The notes below the pieces were generated by a model that saw only the letters and a list, made by a program, of their open reading frames with translations, made no database searches and had not been told where the DNA came from. Of a DNA stretch of 34,458 nucleotides, positions 10,101 to 21,421 are shown in pieces (positions within the stretch are counted from its first letter, which is position 1; every line of letters starts with the position of its first letter). Origin of the DNA: Nemertoderma westbladi (Eukaryota; Animalia; Xenacoelomorpha); NCBI GenBank assembly GCA_032718475.1, contig JAUCBJ010005818.1:1-34458 (forward strand), given 5' to 3'. A program made the position numbers and the translations under genes.

Positions 10101-13100
10101 GTGTTCCAGAACGTGTTCCAATGCTCTGGGGTGTCCGCTGTCCGGTATGTTATAGAACGTGTTCCACTGCTCTGGGGTGTCCGCTGTCCGGTATGTTATA
10201 GAACATGTTCCACTGCTCTGGGGTGTCCGCTGTCCGGAATGTTATAGAACGTGTTCCACTGCTCTGGGGTGTCCGCTGTCCGGTATGTTATAGAACGTGT
10301 TCCACTGCTCTTGGGTGTCCGCTGTCCGGTATGTTGTAGAACGTGTTCCACTGCCCTGAGGTGTCCGCTGTCCGGAATGATATAGAACGTGTTCCACTGC
10401 TCTGGGGTGTCCGCTGTCCGGTATGTTATAGAACGTGTTCCACTGCTCTTGGGTGTCCGCTGTCCGGTATGTTATAGAACGTGTTCCACTGCTCTGGGGT
10501 GTCCGCTGTCCGGTATGTTATAGAACGTGTTCCACTGCTCTTGGGTGTCCGCTGTCCGGTATGTTATAGAACGTGTTCCACTGCTCTGGGGTGTCCGCTG
10601 TCCGGTATGTTATAGAACGTGTTCCACTGCTCTGGGGTGTCTGCTGTCCGGTATGTTGTAGAACGTGTTCCACTGCTCTGAGGTGCCGCTGTCCGGAATG
10701 ATATAGAACGTGTTCCACTGCTCTGGGGTGTCCGCTGTCCGGTATGTTATAGAACGTGTTCCACTGCTCTGGGGTGTCTGCTGTCCGGTATGTTATAGAA
10801 CGTGTTCCACTGCTCTTGGGTGTCCGCTGTCCGGTATGTTGTAGAACGTGTTCCACTGCTCTGGGGTGTCCGCTGTCCGGTATGTTATAGAACGTGTTCC
10901 ACTGCTCTGGAGTGTCCGCTGTCCGGAATGTTATAGAACGTGTTCCAATGCTCTGTAGTGTCCGCTGTCCGGTATGTTATAGAACGTGTTCCACTGCTCT
11001 GGGGTGTCCGCTGTCCGGAATGATATAGAACGTGTTCCACTGCTCTGGGGTGTCCGCTGTCCGGTTTGTTATAGAACGTGTTCCAATGCTCTGGGGTGTC
11101 CGCTGTCCGGTATGTTATAGAACGTGTTCCACTGCTCTGGGGTGTCTGCTGTCCGGTATGTTATAGAACATGTTCCACTGCTCTGGAGTGTCCGCTGTCC
11201 GGAATGATATAGAACGTGTTCCACTGCTCTGGGGTGTCCGCTGTCCGGTATGTTATAGAACGTGTTCCAATGCTCTGGGGTGTCCGCTGTCCGGAATGAT
11301 ATAGAACGTGTTCCACTGCTCTGGGGTGTCCGCTGTCCGGTATGTTATAGAACGTGTTCCAATGCTCTGGGGTGTCCGCTGTCCGGAATGATATAGAACG
11401 TGTTCCACTGCTCTGGGGTGTCCGCTGTCCGGTATGTTATAGAACGTGTTCCACTGCTCTGGGGTGTCCGCTGTCCGGAATGATATAGAACGTGTTCCAC
11501 TGCTCTGGGGTGTCCGCTGTCCGGTATGTTATAGAACGTGTTCCACTGCTCTGGAGTGTCCGCTGTCCGGAATGTTATAGAACGTGTTCCAATGCTCTGT
11601 AGTGTCCGCTGTCCGGTATGTTATAGAACGTGTTCCACTGCTCTGGGGTGTCCGCTGTCCGGAATGATATAGAACGTGTTCCACTGCTCTGGGGTGTCCA
11701 CTGTCCGGTATGTCATAGAACGTGTTCCAATGCTCTGGGGTGTCCGCTGTCCGGTATGTTATAGAACGTGTTCCACTGCTCTGGGGTGTCTGCTGTCCCG
11801 TATGTTATAGAACGTGTTCCACTGCTCTGGGGTGTCCGATGTGTTACAGAACGTGTTCCATTAATGCACTGTGGTGTACGGTGTGTTCCGGAACGTGTTC
11901 CAATGCTCTGGGTTGAGCGGTGTGTTCCAGAACGTGTTCCAATGCTCTGGGGTGTCCGCTGTCCGGAATGTTATAGACCGTGTTCCACTGCTCTGGGGTG
12001 TCCGCTGTCCGGTATGTTATAGAACGTGTTCCACTGCTCTGGGGTGTCCTCTGTCCGGAATGTTATAGACCGTGTTCCACTGCTCTGGGCAGTCTGGGGT
12101 GTCCGCTGTCCGGTATGTTATAGAACGTGTTCCACTGCTCTGGGGTGTCCGCTGTCCGGTATGTTATAGAACGTGTTCCACTGCTCTGGGGTGTCCGCTG
12201 TCCGGAATGATATAGAACGTGTTCCACTGCTCTGGGGTGTCCGCTGTCCGGTATGTTATAGAACGTGTTCCACTGCTCTGGAGTGTCCGCTGTCCGGAAT
12301 GTTATAGAACGTGTTCCAATGCTCTGTAGTGTCCGCTGTCCGGTATGTTATAGAACGTGTTCCACTGCTCTGGGGTGTCCGCTGTCCGGAATGATATAGA
12401 ACGTGTTCCACTGCTCTGGGGTGTCCACTGTCCGGTATGTCATAGAACGTGTTCCAATGCTCTGGGGTGTCCGCTGTCCGGTATGTTATAGAACGTGTTC
12501 CACTGCTCTGGGGTGTCTGCTGTCCCGTATGTTATAGAACGTGTTCCACTGCTCTGGGGTGTCCGATGGGTTCCAATGCTCTGGGTTGAGCGGTGTGTTC
12601 CAGAACGTGTTCCAATGCTCTGGGGTGTCCGCTGTCCGGAATGTTATAGACCGTGTTCCACTGCTCTGGGGTGTCCGCTGTCCGGTATGTTATAGAACGT
12701 GTTCCACTGCTCTGGGGTGTCCTCTGTCCGGAATGTTATAGACCGTGTTCCACTGCTCTGGGCAGTCTGGGGTGTCCGCTGTCCGGTATGTTATAGAACG
12801 TGTTCCACTGCTCTGGGGTGTCCGCTGTCCGGTATGTTATAGAACGTGTTCCACTGCTCTGTGGTGTCCCGTGTGTTCCAGAACGTATTCCTGTGCTCTC
12901 TGGTGTGTTCCAGAACGTGTTCCTATTCCAATGCTCTGGGCTGGGGTGTACCCAGAACGTGTTCAACATTATAAAACAATTATAAAACAACTTTATATCT
13001 TTACGATAATGAACTTTTGCAGAGTGAATTTAATTAATTAATTAATTCGATAGGCCTAACATATCATCATATATACATATATAATAAATATTAAACTCGC

Positions 13101-13328
13101 CTTCGTATCTTTGTATGTTTCATAACCATTCTACCAATTATATGGGTGTATATTAATTAAACTTCCAACGAAATACATTCAATAACTACAGACTACATGC
13201 TGGTAGTATAAAGTATAGGGTATACCTGGTACTGGAAGTTAAATAATGATTTCTGTTCAAATTGAAAGTTTTTACAATTACAATTATTTATACGCATACA
13301 ATTATTTATTAAATTATTTTCTTTTTAG
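7185..13328 (+). other. Single GT-AG intron (6144 bp) of the MAPKBP1/WDR62 gene
   Basis: Donor GTGAGG at 7185; acceptor TATTTTCTTTTTAG ends at 13328. The junction AG+A gives Arg and yields HSSSITSTR-FIIDSSKLLLLSCSADRTLIFR, collinear with the family sequence. Confidence 0.88.
7907..12965. repeat. 46-bp tandem satellite, about 110 units, intronic
   Basis: Unit GCTCTGGGGTGTCCGCTGTCCGGTATGTTATAGAACGTGTTCCACT repeated head-to-tail with point variants and a few shortened divergent units. Confidence 0.97.
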
Positions 13329-16300
13329 ATTTATAATCGATTCTTCTAAACTTCTCCTATTGAGTTGCTCTGCGGACAGAACTTTAATATTCCGTTGCGC
13401 CCAGCAGACACCCAACTTTCGGTTCGCACGAACCCACATAGTCACGGATAAAACCGCCGTGTACGACATGGACTCGCACAAGAGCGGCGTGTCCGTGGTT
13501 ACCGCGTGTCAGGACCGAAACGTCCGCGTTTATAACGTTAACAGCTCGCGTAGAACCAACTCGTATAGAGGCTCGGCCACGGAGGAAGGGTCGCTTCTTC
13601 GGGTTGCTATGGACCCCTCGGGGATGTACATAGCAACCGGGTCCAGCGATAAATCCATCGCTCTTCTAGAGGCGGCGACCGGGCTGGTTGTCGCGTCTAC
13701 GACGGGACATTCCGAACTCATTACCGGTTTAACTTTCAGTAACGATTGCAGACGATTGTATTCAGTATCCGCAGATGGTTGCATTATTGTCTGGCGTCTC
13801 GCCTTCTCATTGGTTAAACTGATGCATCAGAATTTATACAACCAGAAACTCGTTAAACCGGCAGTGAAACCATCGGCAACTAATCAGCCAATCACAGATG
13901 CGCTCCGGGTTACTTCCGCTAACTTATTGCCTATTTATAATGAGTGCCTAGATGATAGTCAACCAGAGGACTTCGAAACCTCGGCGAATAACTCCGAGGA
14001 GGATTTCGACTCGGTTGTTTTCGATCCCCTTAACGCTGTTGCTATGGACGACGGGAGTAGCCAATGGCGTTTCAGTATGGGTAAACTGCCCGTTTGGGCG
14101 CAGAAGGTTGTAAATAGTCCTCTTGTGTCGGTCTCGGAAACTCAACTTGTTGATTCATTTACCGACGGCGGCAGTGATGTAAAGTTATCCAGGCCTCGGG
14201 ATCTTCCATTAAATAAAGTATCAGATAGCGGGGCGGTAAATAAAGTATCAGATAGCGGGGCGGTAAATAAAGTATCAGATAGCGGGGCGGTAAATAATGT
14301 ATCAGATAGCGGGGCGGTAAATAAAGTATCAGATAGCGGGGCGGTAAATAAAGTACCAGATAGCGGGGCGGTAAATAAAGTATCAGATTGCGGGGCGGTA
14401 AATAAAGTACCAGATGGCGGGGCGGTAAATAAAGTATCAGATAGCGGGGCGGTAAATAAAGTATCAGATAGCGGGGCGGTAAATAAAGTATCAGATAGCG
14501 ATGGGGCGATAAATAAATTATCAGATAGCGATGAGGCGGTAAATAAAGTCAAGTCGATAAAGTCAATTCCAGGTAATAATTCAGTTGAATCCGGCTTTAT
14601 CGATCCTCTTCATCCGGTTGTCGATGACAGCGACACCGATGAGGCCGACTTTATTGTGGAGGAATCGGTTAATAGTTCGGAAGATTTGCGGGAATTCGGC
14701 AACGATTGCAGCCCAGAATGTTGGAACTACGAGATCCCGGAGAGTCAGGATAAAACCCCGGAGATTTTATTCTCCCGCGCGCCGGACGACGTCCCGCTAG
14801 AGGGCGACGTCCCGCTAGAGGGCGACGATTCTCTGTTCCTCGAGGATTCCTCGGCGACCCCCGTCCGGATGGGTTCCTCGCGGCGGCTGAGTCTGTCGTC
14901 CCGGTATCTGTGTCAGTTAAACCGGACGTTGTCCTCCGGTTCCCCCACAGTCGCCTCCCAATCGGTAGCCTCGCCCCCATTACTGCAGCTCACCGAGGAG
15001 GAAGACGCCGGTTCCGATGACGTCATCGGAGGGCATCCGGTACCGGAAGTGTCGCTAACAAACAATAAGGAAGTTAATGATGAAGAAGAAGAAAGTTCTA
15101 GAATATTTAATTCGGATTCCAAACATTTAGTTTCTTTGCGACGCAGTAAAACTTTTGATCAAGGAGACCGGAAGTCGTCATTGCGTGGCAAACTGGTCCC
15201 GCCCGCGTCCCCTACCAGTCCCGGTAGGGAGTCCGTCCGTATCGTTTACAGAACCTCCACGACGTCCACCCAATCGGTATCGGTTCCCTCGTCTCCTAGA
15301 CGACACTCCATGGCGACGGAGAAACCTCGTAACGAGTCCGCGACTAATCCGACCAATAGGGGCAGCGCGTCGGGGCAACGACGAATTCGTAAGTCGGAAA
15401 GACCTTCGTCGGTTAACGAGACGAGATTCAATCGGACGAAATCCTTGATGGAGTTTAAACTCCCGTTGCCGCCCCGTTCGCGGACTCCGACGGAGTTGAG
15501 TCGGAGTCTAAGTACCGAGAGACGGTTGCCTGGATACCTGCAGACCACGGTGGCGTCGCTGGGGAAACAGTCGACGCACGCGCGTCGCAAGAAGCGGAGT
15601 TTAACGAGCGCGGAAGCCGTTGGCTCCGAGTCGGACAACGATTTATCGGTGAGTAAGGAGTTAATCCGAACCGCCTCGTTGGGAAGTCTGACGACGTCCT
15701 CCTCCCAGGGGAGTCTAACCCCGCGGCCCTGCGGCGGCGGTGTGCGACCCCGCAGCGAGTTGGGGCGGCGTCCCTCCAGCGGCGACTGGTGCGTCGCGGC
15801 GACCCACAGCGTCGACGTCACCGCTCCGTGTCAGTTCTGTATCCGACGTGAGACCGGTTTCTTTTCCGACGCCGAGTGCGACGCCGCTAGTCGTCGTAGC
15901 ACTCCTGTCGACGGCCCCGATACCGTGGTAACGGCGTGTTGCTGCGCAACCGATTGTTTACCTGTCGTTAGCGACCCCGCTGTCCCCGTTACCATGGCTA
16001 CGTGTACCCGCGCGTTGGCGGATCTCCGTTCCGCTTTAGCGGCGGCGATCTCGGTCCGTCGACGGGTTGAAGAGATTCCGAGTGTTCCGGATCGCGTCCG
16101 GATGGCGTCGGAAATGCGTTCCGGTTTCCGGAATGTCATCGAGGATCTGTCAGTTAACTCTCTGGACGGCGATTCATCGAATGAGATTCGCTATTTAGTT
16201 CGTTGCGAAGAAACGTCTGAGATTCTAGAACGGTATTCTAATTTACTCGTTCACACGGTGGAGGAAAGGTTGGGGCTCAGGGGTCCTACTGATAGCCGGG

Positions 16301-16344
16301 GTAGTCAACATGACGTTACCTTGTTACCTTCAGAGGATGAGTGA
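13329..16344 (+). CDS. MAPKBP1: MAPKBP1/WDR62-family protein, exon 2 (last WD40 repeats, low-complexity region, C-terminal helical domain)
   Basis: Contains TAVYDMD, TACQDRNVRVYN, DPSGMYIAT, GHSELITGLTFSNDCRRLYSVSADGCIIVWRL and FSMGKLPVWA. The C-terminal EILERYSNLLVHTVEERL resembles the family dimerisation helix. Spliced CDS 1622+3016 = 4638 nt = 1545 aa plus stop. Confidence 0.92.
14212..14550 (+). repeat. In-frame 27-bp coding minisatellite (NKVSDSGAV, about 12 copies)
   Basis: AATAAAGTATCAGATAGCGGGGCGGTA tandem units inside exon 2; the last two units carry a 3-bp insertion. Confidence 0.95.
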
Positions 16345-16361
16345 ATGACGTCATTACGGAC

Positions 16362-17325
16362 GATTATAAATAAATAAGCTGTGAAATTATTTTAGTTTTT
16401 GGTTGAAGTAATCTTGGCGCTCAACGCCATCAAAGTTATCCTGTTACAGGTATCGGTGGGGATTGGCCTTGATGCAGTAAAATTCATCCCTCTCCAGGGG
16501 ATTCCTATTAAATAACTGCTGATAACTGCTGTTGTTTATTGTTTTGGTTAGAATAACGTGCCACTGTAACCTAATCCTCTCCCTTTAATTGATAATTTAA
16601 CTTTGAGACGAGATATTAATTTGCCGAGATGGGATTTGTGTCTATACCCCCCCCCCCCCCACACCCCTCCCCTCCCCGTCTCAAGTTTTCATAGAATGGC
16701 GTATATTACACCCAGTGGGCTACAGCGCGAAAATTATTGATATTGTTGATTATTCTTTCTTCCTGATTGATATCTGGCTCATATTTTCTGACCCCGGGAG
16801 ACAGGGGGAAACTTGACAAATTCAATCTCGAATTAATATTTAGATTTATTTATTAAGGGAAAAGAGCAGTTTACAGTGTGCCACGTTATTCTAACCAAAT
16901 CAAATAAAGGAAAATCAATAGAACAGGTTACAGTTATATTTTTGGAGTAATCAACTGTTATTTGGGTCCATTTTCCCCTGGAGGGGGATGAATTTTAATT
17001 GTGTCGAAAGTCCCCCCCCCCCCCATTTGACCCCAGACTTTAGTTTTTCTGAGGTCTTAACCATCAGCAGTTTCTCTATCTGCCACTACGAAGTCAAAGT
17101 GATAAGGGGAATTTGCATATATTTTGCTTATAATTTTTTCGAGTTGACAATTAATATAAATTTATGTCACGTGCTGCGCGAAGGCCCCACTTAGTGTATC
17201 ATTCTATTTAAACGGTAGTGAAAGTCAGACAGTACCTTCTGGAATAAGGCTTTGTGACGAGGAACGAGGAAGGCTTTTTCCTTTATCCAATATAAACAAA
17301 TTTTCACAGCTCATTTTTTATAATC
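16362..17325. mobile_element. Degenerate fold-back (long inverted repeat) element / MITE
   Basis: Three nested inverted matches: 16362-16393 vs 17294-17325 (imperfect); 16478-16501 vs 16974-16997 (23/24); 16543-16560 vs 16882-16899 (18/18). No TSD identified. Confidence 0.65.
16369..16374 (+). terminator. Candidate polyadenylation signal of the MAPKBP1/WDR62 gene
   Basis: AATAAA about 25 nt after the TGA, followed by a T/GT-rich tract (TTTTAGTTTTTGGTT). Confidence 0.45.
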
Positions 17326-17362
17326 TGATACATCTTGCGCGGGGCACCCGGTTTCGTTAGTA

Positions 17363-17981
17363 TATTCAGTATACCGTATACCTTTAGTGCTGTTATTCAG
17401 TATACCGTCTACCTTTTCTGCTGTTATTCAGTATACCGTCTACCTTTTCTGCTGTTATTCAGTATACCGTCTACCTTTAGTGCTGTTATTCAGTATACCG
17501 TCTACCTTTAGTGCTGTTATTCAGTATACCGTCTACCTTTTCTGCTGTTATTCAGTATACAGTCTACCTTTACTGCTGTTATTCAGTATACCGTCTACCT
17601 TTTCTGCTGTTATTCAGTATACCGTCTACCTTTACTGCTGTTATTCAGTATACCGTCTACCTTTTATGCTGTTATTCAGTATACCGTCTACCTTTACTGC
17701 TGTTATTCAGTATACCTTCTACCTTTACTGCTGTTATTCAGTATACCGTCTACCTTTTCTGCTGTTATTCAGTATACCGTCTACCTTTACTGCTGTTATT
17801 CAGTATACCGTCTACCTTTAGTGCTGTTATTCAGTATACAGTCTACCTTTACTGCTGTTATTCAGTATACCGTCTACCTTTACTGCTGTTATTCAGTATA
17901 CAGTCTACCTTTACTGCTGTTATTCAGTATACCGTCCACCTTTAGTGCTGTTATTCACTATACCGTATACCTTTAGTGCTG
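17363..17981. repeat. 31-bp tandem minisatellite, about 20 copies
   Basis: Unit TATTCAGTATACCGTCTACCTTT(AG/TC/AC)TGCTGT. Confidence 0.97.
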
Positions 17982-19519
17982 TCACATTTATGCTTCCCAT
18001 TTAAGTATTTACTTCCATTCGCTTTCATTATTCTGCCTTATCTATAATATTATTATTTCCGAAGTAGTTATGATTTAATGATATATATTTTGTTATATTT
18101 TGTTTATATTTGTGTTAATTATTTACCGAGTTTAAGAGTGCCGTGTGTTAAAGTATGAGAGTTATGGAAAGCCGCAACATTTCCCATAAATATAAGTTTA
18201 TATTTGAGAATGAAATCAAAACTCTCAATTGCAAAGTTTGAGTGTTTTAGTCATCAAGTAAAGTACTTTTTCAATTTTAATAGTGGATCAATCATTATGG
18301 ATATAATAAATGGTTTGTTTGGATTGGGTTATTGTGCGTGAATACATTTTTGATTTTTTAAAGTCATTATCCAGTTGTTATCCCGAAATTTTTTAAATAT
18401 AACGAATTTTTGTAAAACTCATTCCTCTAACAATTTGTTTCTGCTCCAACATATTTCCATAATATTTGTGTTGTAGTGTAATAAACTTATCTCACCTCTC
18501 TCTACAATTATTAGTTGTTAATCTATTTTTTAAGTAAGATACTATTATTTGTTTGTAAGTTGTTTTGTTTTTACCTTATTTACTTACTGGCGCGTAATGT
18601 GGCACTTTATATGATTTCAGTATGAGGTGGTAAAATGTCGAGCGAAGCGATTCTAGTAAATGATGCGAGTATTGTAATCTGGAAAAGTAATTTACACGCC
18701 TTGTTGTGCTAATGTTATTCCAAAATTCAACCAATATTTTTGTAATAACTAATACCGTTATACGCGGTCACTCTCAAATGCCTGATCTTTTTCTGGCAGA
18801 GCCATTCATTACTGTTGCAGACGAGAACCGGGCCTAGCAGCTGCTGTGTTAGAAAGTAACAGTCATATAATGTAATATTATATTACTACGATATTACTAG
18901 TGGGACAAATAGTGTTTTAATTTTGGAATAAATTAATATTAATTTCGTAGCTGCCTTTATGAAATACTCCCTTTTGCTAATCAAAGTGCCCTTATCAAAT
19001 ACCGTTACATTAGATTGTATTGACTCAGAAAGGCCTACATTATATAATATCTTAGTTTATGTGCAGTAAAGTTATATTGACAATCATAATATCATTCATT
19101 GTATTAATATAAACCTATGTAAATCTTTTTCAGTTTTTCTAAGGCCGCAAGGACAAAAGCAGAAGTAATTAGTTCAACTCCACTAATAGAATCTGAAATT
19201 TAGAATTTAAAAGGATCCAAATTAAATGACCAAATTAAAACACCAAATTAAATTATTTAGAACCAAATATATTTTTTTTGTCGCACAAAATTACATCCCC
19301 CAATTTAAGTATCTCTCATCACACTAAAATAATTATTCATAACACAAGACAATTATCTATATAGCCCAAAAGTAATTATCATGCCCCTCATGTAGTTATT
19401 CGTTGCCCAAAACTATTTATTCCGTTTTTGTACATATTTGTATGATAACTTTTCAGTGTTTGTTGGTTTTTGTCTGTAGGAATTGGTGGGCCAATGTTAT
19501 TTGGAGTCACGGGGGAGGC

Positions 19520-19745
19520 ATTTGACGCAAATCCCTCTCGGCGAATTATTATCTCGCCTTAAGCTAAATATCAATTTAAGGGAAAGGAGCAGGTTACGGT
19601 GGCACGTTATTCTAACCAAAATAATAATCGAAAGTCATAGAATAGGTTACAGTTTTATTTTTGAAAGTAATCAGATGTTATTTGCGTCGATTTACCCAGG
19701 AGAGGGGTGAATTTTTATTGCGTCGATAGTCCCCCCCCCCCCCCT
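19520..19745. mobile_element. Solo arm of the same repeat family as the 16.4-17.3 kb fold-back element
   Basis: Shares TTAAGGGAAA.GAGCAG.TTAC.GT..CACGTTATTCTAACCAAA (19603-19620), AGAA.AGGTTACAGTT and GGAG.GGG.TGAATTTT...GTCGA.AGTCCCCCC with 16850-17020 in the same orientation. Confidence 0.7.
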
Positions 19746-19947
19746 CCCCTCCCCCTATCTGTTTAGTTGTTATTAAAGGAGCCTCTATCTCCATTTCTAA
19801 AGTTATTTTCGGAGATTTATTTTGGCGGGTTTGTTATTTATTTTGGTCTGGATAATTAAATTTGAAAACAATTTCCTTGTTTTTTGGTGATGAATAATTA
19901 AAATTTATATTATTTGAAAATGGACTTGTTGAACTATTAGCTCTGGA

Positions 19948-20019
19948 GCTGGTGTAGCTCAGAGGAAGAGCTATCACACGGTTTGTGAGAGGTCCCTGGT
20001 TCGAATTCCGGTCCCAGCC
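19948..20019 (+). pseudogene. tRNA-like sequence (tRNA pseudogene or tRNA-derived SINE head)
   Basis: A-box TAGCTCAGAGG, D-stem GCTC/GAGC, B-box GGTTCGAAT and acceptor GCTGG/CCAGC, with TTTTT at 20024-20028. The anticodon loop ACGGTTT lacks U33 and the stems have mismatches, so it is unlikely to be a functional tRNA. Confidence 0.7.
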
Positions 20020-20928
20020 TTAATTTTTCAACAGGTCCATATCTCTCTATGGTTCTATTTAAACTTTACCAGCGGGTGTCGGCCTTCAAAATCTTTAATA
20101 TTTGAAACTATTTAAATATTTAATTAATTGGTAACCTTACTGTAGTTAGATTGCAGTATTTTAGAATATTTAAATAAATTCCCTTACCATTTTGTTGTCC
20201 CTGCTCCGCACCCTTTGCTAATTGATAAATTCCAACTATTTTAATTAACATTAATTAATTAGTGTCAATTACAGCTGGAATTTTTAAATCTATATCACCG
20301 CTGCATCATTCCATCTATCCGCAATTAATATTTAGTATTAAAGAATTCTAGTAGTTTTTTTAACATCGCTTTTTTAGTCCTAATTTTTATCATTGTTACT
20401 GAAAGGTTTACATGGGTTCATAACCATATCAATTATTTACGGGTTTATCTACTCTCTCATTCATTCATGTTTCTTAGTAGCCTATTTCCTTAGGCAAATG
20501 ATTCTGTGTAAATATCAAATTTATTTGATTTGATGAGCCAAGTTAAATGGCACTCTTCGAGAAAACTTTAGAATAATTAAACGCTGTGGTTCATTATTAT
20601 AGTCTAAATATTTAAAATAAATAAACATGTAATCCAAGTTTGTACAACTCAATATTAACCTTTTCTTTAGAAATTTATTATAAACTTTATTGCGGGGCGA
20701 GTCAAAACTGCGAGCCCCCCCCCCCCCCCCCCCCCCTTCATGTCTCAGTTAATTAACCCGATAAACTCAGGAAGTAATTAAGCTCCAGCACTTCCTTACA
20801 ACATAACAATATACAACCTACAGACTATATCAGAACCTCAATCACTGAATTTGAGCACTGAAATTGCGTATCATAATGTACAATTCAATTAGATATTATT
20901 ATTACTTTTACACTTATTTAAATGTACT

Positions 20929-21421
20929 ACTACTACTAGGTCGAGCGAACTAGGACAGTGGAAATGAGATCCTTCCAGGTTTCCCGATTCTCCATAGTTG
21001 TCGCAATTTCGTTTCTCCCAAGTTCAGTATCCCTTCCAAGTTGATCTATATATGTTAAAGCCGGTCGTCCACGACTACGCTTACCATGAGTTGGTTGCCA
21101 GAGAAGTAGATCTGGTATGACCTCGTCTTTACTCCACCAGCAGTGCCCACTGAATCTTAATCTGCGTTCACGGAGGGTGGTTGATACAGGTGGTATTGTA
21201 CCATAAAGCTCGGCGTTTGTCATGTGTTGTCTCCAGCTGATGTTTAGGGATGCCCTTAGTAGTCTTGTGTAGCAACCATCAATTCGTTGTTCAAGTGATT
21301 TAGCCAGTGTCCAGGTCTCACCCCCGTATAAAAATACACTTTCCACTGTGGCTCGAAAGAACTTAGTCTTCAGGTGCCTGGAGAGATCTGATTTCCAGAT
21401 GGTATCCATTTTTGATAGTAC
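20929..21421 (-). mobile_element. 5'-truncated RTE-clade LINE with 13-bp TSD and (TAG)n tail
   Basis: Translation FFRATVESVFLYGGETWTL...IDGCYTRLLRASLNISW...RERRLRFSGHC...RGRPALTYIDQL is the RTE ORF C-terminus. The stop runs into TAGTAGTAG. The direct repeat ATTTAAATGTACT lies at 20916-20928 and 21422-21434. Confidence 0.9.

Noticed and set aside
7907-12965. 46-bp array as a CRISPR locus, and the many short ORFs within it
   Set aside because: Units are head-to-tail with no unique spacers, there are no cas genes and the context is a eukaryotic intron; the ORFs are by-products of the repeat.
13246-13328. N-terminal 28 codons of the 1032-aa ORF as a separate gene start
   Set aside because: This is AT-rich intron end with a polypyrimidine tract and AG; family similarity begins only after 13329.
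13530-16139. Antisense and alternate-frame ORFs within exon 2
   Set aside because: Shadow ORFs expected in GC-rich coding sequence.
17387-17945. Two 144-aa hydrophobic ORFs
   Set aside because: They are translations of the 31-bp minisatellite.
19948-20019. Functional tRNA-Thr(GGT)
   Set aside because: No U33, mismatches in the acceptor, anticodon and T stems, and GGT is atypical for eukaryotic tRNA-Thr.
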